Below, piece after piece: positions 27,388 through 38,391 of a stretch of DNA of 64,000 bases (the stretch's first letter is position 1; every line of letters begins with the position of its first letter). Source of the stretch: Eledone cirrhosa (taxonomy: Eukaryota); the NCBI GenBank assembly GCA_964016885.1, contig OZ024740.1, positions 107,632,001 to 107,696,000 on the forward strand. The letters run 5' to 3'. The notes under the pieces are model-generated. The model saw nothing but the letters and a program-made list of their open reading frames with translations. It was not told the DNA's origin and did not search any database. The position numbers and the translations under genes are program-made.

Positions 27388-27805
27388 TGTAGCGAAGCGA
27401 CACCTGTCGTGTGCTTGGGGACAGCTATGCAGAGTTATCTGCACATAGCTCTGACGTCACCAAAAATAATTCACTCTCCGGCGGCGACTTGCGAAGAGAC
27501 AACACACATAATTTTGGAGCTGACTTCTGCCTATGAAGAGATGATTTCTGCCTTTTCTCTCTAGAGATGACTTCTGCCTTCTCTCCCTAGAGATGACTCC
27601 TGCCTTCTCTCTCTCTTCTTTAAACGTTCCAGTCTTGGAGTCAAGACCAACTCACTAACTACACCATCACGACACATTGTAAAATATTTCTATTGTGTTA
27701 TTATTGACTCCTGTGATATAAAACTTTGTACAAACACGCACCAGCCATTCTTATTCTTTTTAATATTATTACAAGTAATATATACACCAATACTAGGCAT
27801 CTAAA
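27388..27805. mobile_element. Probable solo LTR inserted in a TTAA-type MITE
   Basis: Starts TGTAG, ends CTAAA (one mismatch from CTACA); 4-bp direct repeat ACTA at 27384-87 and 27806-09; host MITE sequence TATTACTA|AATCCCT resumes on the other side. Confidence 0.6.
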
Positions 27806-27946
27806 ACTAAATCCCTATTTTCATAAAATTAGAAATATGGTAAGGAAAGGGATAAAGATGAAGAAAACAGAAGAGTAGAGATGATGTTTGAGATAAAGGG
27901 AAAAGACAGACATAAGACAATTCCTACATTGTATCAGAGAACTTAC

Positions 27947-28048
27947 TTGGTGGAGTTGCAACCCATTGGTTCAATTGACAGTTTGAACTTGGGCTGTTAG
28001 TTGGACTGAGCATTGTTGACAAATTACTGTGGCCATTCATCAGATAAC
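27947..28048 (-). CDS. BICC1: Bicaudal-C linker exon
   Basis: gaag|GT...A|gtaagt; (G)YLMNGHSNLSTMLSPTNSPSSNCQLNQWVATPP; 102 nt, phase 1-1, open frame. Confidence 0.75.
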
Positions 28049-28437
28049 CTTCACAGAAATATTAAATAATGCAAATTATTCATAGAAATAGTTGAAAAGG
28101 TGATTGAATCGTATGAAAAGTAGAATATAAGTAAAATTATGTTAAAATAATAACAATGATATTTTCAAATTAGATTGGTTCCACTCATTTGACTGTGGTA
28201 ATGGAGATGGGCTCAGCCAGGTTTAAAAATGCCCTAGAAATATCAAATGTTACGGGTCCATACATACACCTCCCCCTCCTCCTCCATTTTACCATTGATT
28301 TTTTGGTCACATATTCCTTGACTTATATTTGAGTATATGCGGTATGTTATTATCAAACTGGCGCCCTCATCTACATTCTTGTAAGAGAATGGACTCCACT
28401 TAAGGCACACAAGGTAAAAACAAAATGTTGTACACAC

Positions 28438-28609
28438 CAAGTGAAGATAAATCAAGTATGTTGGTATTTGGAGTATTTATGGTACCATTAGTGCCAGCAC
28501 TGCAGGGTGGTAAGTTGTTGTTGTTGGTTTCTTTATCCAGGCCCAGCAACTGGATACGGGCATCATACATGTTAGCTGCATTCCTCTCAACACTCTTCAC
28601 AATAACAGA
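28438..28609 (-). CDS. BICC1: Bicaudal-C exon
   Basis: acag|TCT; SVIVKSVERNAANMYDARIQLLGLDKE...LDLSSL; donor read as G|gtgtgt (weak), chosen because its phase fits the next exon; 172 nt. Confidence 0.88.
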
Positions 28610-28920
28610 CTGTTCAGGTAAAGAAATATAGACAATATTATTACAGGATATACAAACTTCCTTCAAAATCACACCCTACCAACTTGAAAATGGAAGGATG
28701 CATTGCATAATGTAGCTCTAAATAAACTATAGCTGAATAAATGATAAGGGCAGGAATGATGGTCATAGCTGGAATATTTTTAGTCAGGGCTCTCATGACG
28801 CTAAACAACAATTACAATTTATTTTAATTTTTTCATTACCATATTTCTAATGAAAGACACTGCCTATGATTTTTCAATTAATTTTGAAAGCAATAAGTAA
28901 TCTGGAAGGATTTAGTAATA

Positions 28921-29060
28921 TACAAGGGTTGGCTGAAAAGTTTATAGACTAAATAAGATACTCTCATGGAATGTTATCAAATGAGGTTTATTTTCAACGT
29001 AGTCCCCTTTGTGATCCACACACTTCTTCCATCTGTATTGCAGTGCTTGGATCCCATTTC
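28921..29060. mobile_element. Mariner terminal fragment nested in a TTAA-type MITE
   Basis: TACAAGGGTTGGCTGAAAAGT TIR; minus strand encodes GIQALQYRWKKCVDHKGDYVE, a typical mariner transposase C-terminus. Confidence 0.8.
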
Positions 29061-29629
29061 CAGTAATCATGGTACTCAGGAGCTCAGGATCCTTGTTGGT
29101 AGTATTAGGCAAAATAAAAATGTGAGAAGTAAGTGGAACTGACTGCTTGACAGTAACAGACACATCCAGTGAGTTCACCCAAAACCACACATGAGCATGA
29201 ATGTATGCAGTTCCACACTGTTCACTTTTTGTCTTCCTAACATCATTACTTCCTACAGAAAAAAAATTGAAGTCATATTTTTTCAACAGATCTTGTAACT
29301 AATTTTTTCATTAAGCTGGTGATTCTAATAAGAATTGAGAACATTTTTTTTACATTAAATTATGATGAATGGTTGAAATTTAAATGTGACTACTTTAAAA
29401 CAAATAGCTTTGTATCATAGAATTAGAGTCTTGTAGTTTGGTATCAGGTTAGCCGTCCACCAAAAAGCGTCATTGACTAGTTCTATATAGATATGGAATA
29501 TTGCCCTGCTGACCTCCTGAAAGCTAGGAAGAAGCATGATGGGTGGCATGATCAAGACAGACAAATCCACGTAAGCCAAGCTTGACCAGAAAACTCAGCA
29601 GTTGAAGAAATATCCAAACTATGCTAATA

Positions 29630-29664
<35 letters not shown>

Positions 29665-29711
29665 CAGCTCCTGATTATTACTGGAATACTATAAGAATCC
29701 AGCTTCTATAA

Positions 29712-29801
29712 TTTTCGGCGGAAGCAGGGGGTGCGTGGCTCTGATGATCGCCAGCCAGCATGAAACAGACTGTTAGCATCTCTTCCTTCTTTCGCCGAAA
29801 A
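29712..29801 (+). ncRNA. Candidate type I hammerhead ribozyme
   Basis: CTGATGA (29741-47) - short stem II - GAAA (29762-65) - CAG-A-CTG stem III - TT - stem I GCT/AGC extended by TTTTCGGCGGAAG/CTTTCGCCGAAAA. Confidence 0.7.
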
Positions 29802-29985
29802 GCAGAGACATAGTCACTACTTTAAAACCGATAGCGTATGGTCTTCTAAATGTTTTTTAATTAAACATGGTATATTGCCAAATTTACCGTACATACATTC
29901 ATATATATATATAATAGAAAAAACGAGGAAGTTTTGTTTACATAAGAAAAATATTTATTGCGTATCGATTTATTGCGTATATATA

Positions 29986-30610
29986 TATATTTATTAAAAT
30001 AACAGATTAAAGTTTAAGCAAAGAATCGCTGCTTTCACCCTTAACGGGATCTTCTGAAACTAACAAAGTCAATCTGTAAACGCAGAACTGGATATTTCAA
30101 AAAACGTTGCAACCGGAGGAAGACAGAAGACGATACTTTGGTTCGTGGAAACGTTCGCTGGCAAAGAACGGGAAAAAACGAATATAATACGTCATTAATA
30201 GGAGCGGTGAAAAACAATTACGCGCAAAGACAGAACCACGTTTATGGTATAAAAGAGGTCGTAGACTAATGTTCTCTTAGGTGGTGCATAGAGACGACCA
30301 CCTAAGAGAACATTAGTCTACGACCTCTTTTATACCATAAACGTGGTTCTGTCTTTGCGCGTAATTGCTTTTCACCGCTCCTATTAATGACGTATTATAT
30401 TCTTTTTTTCCCGTTCTTAGCCAGCGAACGTTTCCATGAGCCAAAGTATCGTCTTCCTCCGGTTGCAACGTTTTTTGAAATATCCAGTTCTGCGTTTACA
30501 GATGGACTTTGTTAGTTTCAGAAGATCCCGTTAAGGGTAAAGTAGCGATTCTTTGCTTAAACTTTAATCTGTTATTTTAATAAATATTTGCTCTACGGTT
30601 CTTATATATT

Positions 30611-30612
<2 letters not shown>
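29986..30612. mobile_element. Fold-back element (family B), ~300-bp inverted arms, 11-nt loop
   Basis: 29986-30285 is the reverse complement of 30297-30587; short unpaired tail; (TA)n flanks; further fragment at 33664-33725. Confidence 0.9.
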
Positions 30613-30655
<43 letters not shown>

Positions 30656-30658
<3 letters not shown>

Positions 30659-30998
30659 GCATATGGCTTAGTGGTTAGAGCATTGGCCTTGCAATCGAAA
30701 GGTTGTGAGTTCAATTCTCAGACCAGGTGATGTGTTGTTTCCTTAAGCAAGACACTTTATTTCACATTGCTCCAGTTTACTCAGCTGTAGAAATGAGATG
30801 GTAGGGACTGGGGTCCATATCATTCCACTGCAAAGTGGTCGTGGAGGTGCCACAGCAAAAAAGCACCCACCACTCACTGTAAATGAGGTTGGTGTTAGGA
30901 AGGGCATCCAGCTGTAGAAATCAAGCCAGCATCAGTTCCCGTCCCACCCTTGCAAGCAGGGAAAAAGCGGACGTAAAATGAAATGATGATGATGATGA

Positions 30999-31000
<2 letters not shown>
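30656..31000 (+). mobile_element. tRNA-derived SINE (young family)
   Basis: Near-identical to 26689-27015; GAT tail. Confidence 0.92.
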
Positions 31001-31029
<29 letters not shown>

Positions 31030-31030
<1 letters not shown>

Positions 31031-33660
31031 CCAGGAATAAATTTCAAAGCATATTACTTGATGCTTTCGACAGTAAGGAAGAACATTTAGAGTCGGACAA
31101 TATAGAGGGAGAGTGGGAATTTCTGAAAGCAAACCTGCTGTTGGCGACAGACGAGGTCTGTGGCTGGAGCAGGCCTGTAGGCAGGAGGAGAGTAACATGG
31201 TGGTGGAACAGTAAGGTGGAGGGGTCAATTAAGGCCAAAAAGCAGGCTTGGAAAGTATGGCGGGATGGGGGAAGTAGAGAGGACTATCAAGTGGCCAGGA
31301 GGGAAGCTAGGAGACAAGTGTACTTAGCAAGAAGGGAAGCTGAGGAAAGAAAGTTCAAGCATGTTCTACAACGCGATGACCAAAAACGTGAGGTGTTCAG
31401 GATTGCTAGGCAATGCGTCAAGGAAAACCGTGATATTGTCGGGGAGAAGTGTGTACTAAACGACGATGGCACACTTGCCATCACCGACGCTGATAAGAAG
31501 GTAGCTTGGAAGTGTCACTATGAAAGGCTACTAAATGAGGAGAATAATTGGGAGAAAGGCAGTCTCCCCCATATCGACCCAATAGAGGGACCAGCAGTGT
31601 TAGTCGAGGGGAGTATAATAAGTAAGGCAATCAAGGATATGAAGACTGGTAAGGCGGCTGGGCCTTCGGAAATAGTTGCTGAGATGCTGAAGGCATCTGG
31701 CACGGTGGGACACAGCATGGTCACCCGCATAGTTAACCAAGTCGTACAGAATGGGGTTGTTCCGAAGGACTGGCATAGCAGCATCATCGTTAACTGTTAT
31801 AAGGGTAAAGGAGACGCCCTAGATAGGAGTAACTATAGAGGCATTAAATTAATCGACCAGGTCATGAAGGTCACGGAAAAAGTAATAGCGCAACTAATCA
31901 GAGAGAGAATTGACCTAGATGAAATGCAGTTCGGGTTTGTGTCAGGCAAAAGTACCACAGACGCTCTTTTCATAGTACGACAACTACAGGAGAAGTACCT
32001 AGCTAAAGGTAAACCCCTCTACTTAGCTTTTGTCGACTTGGAGAAAGCCTTCGACAGAGTCCCCCGCTCCATTATCTGGTGGGCTCTTAGAAAACTAGGC
32101 GTTGACGAATGGCTTGTGAGGGCTATACAAGCCATGTATAAAGAAACAGTCAGCAAGGTTAGAATTAACAACGAATATAGTGAAGAGTTTAGCGTAAAAG
32201 TTGGCGTCCATCAGGGCTCTGTTCTCAGTCCACTACTATTTATTATTGCCCTTCAGGCTATAACAGAGGAGTTCAAGACAGGCTGCCCATGGGAACGCCT
32301 ATACGCAGACGACCTGACACTCATAGCGGAATCAATGGCCGAGCTAGAGAAGAAATTCCAAACATGGAAGCACGGCCTAGAGTCAAAAGGACTTAAAATT
32401 AACCTGGCTAAGACCAAAGTACTAGTTTGTAGGAAAGAAAACAAGGCGGCGGTCCCTTCTGGGAAATGGTCGTGCTCGGTGTGTAGGAAAGGCGTAGGTA
32501 GAAACTCCATTTTATGTCCTAAATGCAAAGTATGGGTGCATAAAAGATGTAGTGGGATCACAGGTAAGCTAACTAAGAACATAGATTTTACATGTGGCCG
32601 GTGCTCTGGTGCAATAAGTAGCAGCAAGTGCCCACAAACTACTAGCTCTTTCAATTGCGCAGAGGGTTCTGTAGAAATAGTGGACAGCTTCCGTTACCTG
32701 GGCGATAAAATCAGCAGTGGGGGAGGGTGCTCTGAAAGTACTGTAGCTAGAGTCAGAACTGGTTGGAAAAAGTTCAGAGAGCTTATACCACTATTAGCTG
32801 CTAAAGGGTTCTCACTAAAAATGAAAGGCAGGTTGTACGATGCCTGCATACGAACAGCAATGCTGCATGGCAGTGAGACCTGGGCATTGTGTGCAGAGGA
32901 TATACGCAGACTAGAGAGGAACGAAGCTTGCATGCTCCGCTGGATGTGTAACAGTAATATACGTGAACGGCAAAGCATAAACGAACTAAGGAAAAAATTA
33001 GAGATAAGAGGGATCAGATGTTGTTTACTCGAGAGAAGGCTACGTTGGTATGGACACGTGATGCGCATGAAAGTCGATAGCTGTATAACAAAGTGCAGGG
33101 CAATAAAGATAGACGGTAGTCACGGAATAGGCAGACCTAGAAAAACCTGGGACGAGCTGATAAACTCCGACATCACACACTTACACCTCTCCAAGACAAT
33201 GTCACTGGACCGAGACCTTTGGCGGTACTCAGTAACAGAGAAGACCCGCCTTACCTAAATATATAGTAAAACCTACTCCAGCCAGTAGGCATTTCTAACA
33301 AAATACACCCCGCCCCACCACCACCACCCCCACCCGATCCACACCACCCCGTTCTATGTAAAGTTATGTTGGTGCCGCGCCATCGAGGCCGAAACAAATG
33401 AGATCGTGTAGGTGTCACGACAAAAAAACACACAGTCCACGCTGTAATGTGGCCGTGTAGGCAACACGGTAAAAACCTCCCAGACCCACACTGTAAATGT
33501 GGTTGGTGTTAGGAAGGGCATCCAACTGTAGAAAACCTGCCAGACAGTCCTATGCGAGCAAGACAATCACTCTTGCCTCAAGTGGGACTACCCCCGTCCA
33601 AACCCATGCAAGCGTGGAACACGGACGTTAAACGTTGATGATGATGATGATGATGATGAT
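31030..33660 (+). mobile_element. RTE-clade LINE, 5'-truncated, with uninterrupted RT ORF 31141-33258 (705 aa)
   Basis: NYRGI, QFGF, FVDLEKAFD, GVHQGSVLSP and YADD motifs; C4HC3 finger after RT; RRLRWYGHV/GRPRKTW C-terminus; (GAT)n tail; no endonuclease domain; (TA)n flanks. Confidence 0.96.
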
Positions 33661-34058
33661 ATATATTAAAATAACAGATTAAAGTTTAAGCAAAGAATCA
33701 GTGTTTTCACCCTTAACGGGATCTATCGAGCCCTCTTTGGATTTTAGTCTTCAAATTTATTATTATTACTATATATATATATTATATATATATATATATT
33801 CGCCAGGTGGTGTTATTAAGTTAGACGTGGCCTTGACCAATACTGGCTGAAACCTATCAAAGTTATATAAGCTCGACCAGAAAAATTAGTAGTTGAAGAA
33901 ATATCAGCTGTAGAAACTGAACCAAAATACAGATCCATAAGAGCAAGACATGGTCTCTGAACTTGACTTGTCTCATAATGTGACAACTTATCTAACACAT
34001 GTAAGCATGGAAAATGGACATTAAAACGATGGTGATGATGATGATATAAAGGTTTTAC

Positions 34059-34132
34059 CTTGCTGGGTTGCTTTGGTTTGGACTTGATACTGATAAATAC
34101 ATCCAATTGTTCCATCAACAGGCTTATTCTGG
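34059..34132 (-). CDS. BICC1: Bicaudal-C exon
   Basis: acag|CC...AAG|gtaaaa; (A)RISLLMEQLDVFISIKSKPKQPSK; 74 nt, phase 1 to 0. Confidence 0.94.
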
Positions 34133-34273
34133 CTGTAATAAACAGATTTATAATTTCTGGTAATTTAAGGAATATTTCTGTAACACTAGGTAAAATTGTT
34201 ATTTTTGTTGCTACAACTTATGCCTATCAGGAGCTTTATTGGGTGTATTAATGACAGGAGCCTTGTGGTGAGA

Positions 34274-34321
<48 letters not shown>

Positions 34322-34708
34322 ATCTCAAATTAAATGGTACGATCCATTAATCTGAAAATAAAGTCATATGGGCTAGTTGTGAGGGAGTTGGTCTCAGGAT
34401 CATAAGGTATTGGGTTCGATTCCCAGTCTGAGTGAAGTATTTTATCCTTGAGTAAGGGATTTCATTTCACATTGCTTCAATTCAGGCTGCAGGAAATGAG
34501 TACTAGTCGCATTCCATCATGTATGTTCAATCACTTAACAGCCAAGAAACTGGCATAATCTCTGAGCTTCATCCAGCCCATGCAAAAACATGGAAAAATG
34601 GACACAAAACAACAACTCAAACACTATATCTTAAAATGGCAAATACAGAAGATTGTAGAGCACATAGAAGGAAGTATTTTAACAAAAAAATAAATCACTG
34701 TTACTTAC

Positions 34709-34766
34709 CAGGTTCAATTTCAATATCTTCTTTGATATCAAACATCAATACAAGGGGCAAACATCC
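34709..34766 (-). CDS. BICC1: Bicaudal-C exon
   Basis: tcag|GGA...CTG|gtaagt; GCLPLVLMFDIKEDIEIEP; 58 nt, phase 0 to 1. Confidence 0.94.
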
Positions 34767-37700
34767 CTGATAACAAGAAAACAACAAAATTGTTTCATTA
34801 AGAAATTTGTTAATAATCTGTGAATCAAAGATAAGTTAGAAACATATTTTATAAGTTAAGAGGACTAAGATCCATGAACTCAGCTAGTCTCATCACTTGG
34901 AGATCCAGCCAGATGAATTGGAGGCAGTGGCTTCTGACAGGAATTGCTGGCAGGTATGCTTGGTTGATCTCTGCCTCCACAACTATGTAGGAGGAAGAGA
35001 TCAGTGTTTATTACCTTTGTTCTTTGTTTCAGCCTGTGGGATCAATGTGGTTGATGTTCAGTGTATGAACATCTGTAGGAAAATGTGGGAGGTGGTGAGA
35101 TATGGGTGGAATGATGAAGGGAAAGGAGATGAGTAGTTTGGTTAAGTTAATAAGGGGTGAAGAAGGGTGGTATCATCATTAGTGGCTTACTTGATCTCTA
35201 TACTGGTTAAGTTAAGGAGGAGTGGAAAAGGGTGTCTTACCTCTTCTCTATACACATATTGTTATGTTGGAACTCTGTCAATACTGACAACTATTCCAGT
35301 TAATTCAATCAATGGAACAGCTTGCTCATGAAGTTAATGTGAAAGTGACTGAACACTCCATAGACATATTTACCCTCAGGAAGATTCAGCATGACACTTT
35401 TGCCAGCTGAGTGAAATAAACTGTCTTGGTGAAGGACACAACACATCACCAGGAATGAAACTCACAACATTACAATCATGAGCCAAACACCTTAACTACT
35501 AAGCCATACATACACAAACACACATATACACCTATAGATATATGTACACACATGCACACACATATATACATCTATCTATAGATATATGTACATACACATA
35601 CACAAATACACATAATCTTTACAAAGAACTGACCCCCTCCAGGGACTCACTCATCTCCATCAACAGTTCTGTTGTATTCAAACTGAACATTAAAATACAT
35701 CAATATCCCATAGTTTTGCCTCAAGCTAGAGCAAGGGAGTGGCAATAGGAATGAGATCAACAGTACTGCCTTTCTTCATCATATAAAATAAATAAGGGTT
35801 TCCAAATGAACGTAATAACCATGTGTTTTATACCCTGCACAATAGCAATTGATGTAAACAGCATTTACTTCCAGCTTCCATAGAAACAAACTAATATTAA
35901 ATACTCATTTGTTACTGCTATAAGAATGGGTACGGAACCACACTTCAAGCCCATGGTTTTGGCTTCAATTTCATTGCATGGGCCCCTTTGGTAATCTTCT
36001 ACTATATACTTGGGTTGACCAATACCTTGTTAGCAAAGGTATTGGTCCACTCAAGGTTATAGTAGTAGACTCTTGCACACGGTGTCATGCAGTGGGATTG
36101 AACTCAAAATCACATGGATGTGAAATGAACTCCTAAACCACACAGACATTCCAGTTTATTGAATTTGTTTGTCTACTTATTTGCTTTTTCAATGAAAATA
36201 TAATATTCTGTGGGTCTTGATAAACTTGGTTTTACCATAGCAACAACTTATTAGAAAGACATATTACATTGTTACTAACCATTGCTTATGTCAACCAATA
36301 ATATTGTTACATAAACATATAATTATATACATGTCTACAGAGAAATATATATGAAGTTTTTACTACAATTTACTAATTTGGCATTCAACTAGAACTTATG
36401 GAGTTGATTTTCCCAACAGCAGTAACAGCATCAGGATTTAATTAGTCAGCTGCAGTAAGTTTGACTGCTGAGGAGAAGAAATATCATGACCTACAACTGC
36501 AACACAAAGGTATCTTTATCTACACATCACTGCTCATAATAATTACAATAAGTTGAATGCCATATAAAAGTTGGCTTGGAGTAAAACAGAAACAATAGGT
36601 AAAGAAAGTAGTCCAACACATGAGAATTAATGAAATGGGGCTGTTCTATAACAGCTGAGGACAATATGTAAAAAAAAAAAAGAAATCAAAGTTTTTATTG
36701 TCAACATTTCATTACACCAGACATTTTAAGGTAATCTTCCCCACTAAAGCAGAGGTTAGTTAAGTAAAGCAAATTAGTAGTAGTTAGAATATTGGATTAA
36801 AGTGTTTTATGGTATTCTGGCTGTCTGTGCTCTGAGTTCAAACTACACCAAAGTCAACTTTGCTTTCATCTATTGGGGTCAATAAATAAAATGCTAGTCC
36901 AGGGCAATAGATTGGCAGAAGTGTTAGAGTATCAGGCATGATGCTTTGCAGTATCTCTTTCAACTTATTGTGTCTTGAGTTTGTCAGCAAAATCACTGGT
37001 GGTGTCAATCAGTTTCAGTTTTTAAGACTCCCTTGGATAACCTCGGTGATATAGAGTGGGGAAATTTGCATGCATCAGTGACTGCTAGTGCTTCACAAAA
37101 TTCCTTGCTCAGGCTTGCACCTTGGAGAGTGTCTTTCCAAGTGTAAACCCATAGTCAAACATGACAGAAGTAGATGGGGGAGGGGTGGCTATATCATCCT
37201 TGGAACCTCAAGGCAAGCTTCACACTCATTATGGAGTCATTTTTTAAAGCAATGTTTTATGGTTGAATGCTCTTCTTGGCACTAACCCTTTCAGTTGCCT
37301 TTTATAATGTGCAGAGATAGGGAATACTTATTTTAAACCTGATACACATTTGATTACTATAAAGAATATCAGAAAGCAGCAGCAGCAACTATTGTCCCTG
37401 TTGTTCTTTTCACATTGGCATAGATTCGAGAAAACTTTTCTGATGATATTCTATGGTTTGAAACCAGTCCTGATGCCAACCCATACATTATTTATAAATA
37501 TAGTATATACTGTTGACCATTGTCAAACTACTACATTGTGGGTATGTAATGTTTATGAAGCACATAAACAAATATCACTACTTCCTTTATACAGTGCCAG
37601 TGTGAAAACATGCAGACACCCACTCACACACACAATTTCGGTGTACCAAATTCATTCATAAGGTTATTAATTAACTTGGGGTGAGATTGAACCCAAAACC

Positions 37701-38391
37701 ACATGGTTGTAAAACAAACTTCTTAACCACACAGCCATGCTTGTGTAAATAAATAATTTAAGAATGTTCTTTACATTATGTTTTCCAGGTTGACATGTGT
37801 CAAATTGCTCTACATGTTTTGCTAGTTGTCTGAATTCATAATTATCTTACAAATGAATGCCTTTCTCCCTACAACAACTAATGTGACTGTGGCACTTTAG
37901 TTATTCTTAGGCAAGTAAGTTAATACATCTTGTCAAGAAACATTATGACTGGTTTTAAATAAACAACTTGAAGAGTGAGGCCAAGGCAATAAGTATTTGA
38001 ACATAACTTGTTTCATTTACTTTGAAATATTTAATTAGAAAAAAAAATATTTGTTCTAAATGCAAACTAATGATGTTAATTAATTTTTTAATTTTTGGAA
38101 ATCTATTTTTGATGAATATTTTAATAAAGTACTGTACTTTATAACAAACCAGTCATCAGAACTCTAAGCTCATCATCATCCTCACCATCACCAGTTTTAC
38201 AGCCATTTTCTCCCTTGCTAGTATGGTTTGGACAAGACTTTTGAGGCAAAATTCTATAGTTGGATGTCCTTCCTGATGCCAACCCTCACTTGTTTTTTTT
38301 AACACTGGCATTACCATATTTCTAATGAAAAATAAATTACCTATAATTTTCAAATCATTTTGAAAATTATCAAGAATTTTGAAGGATTTAG

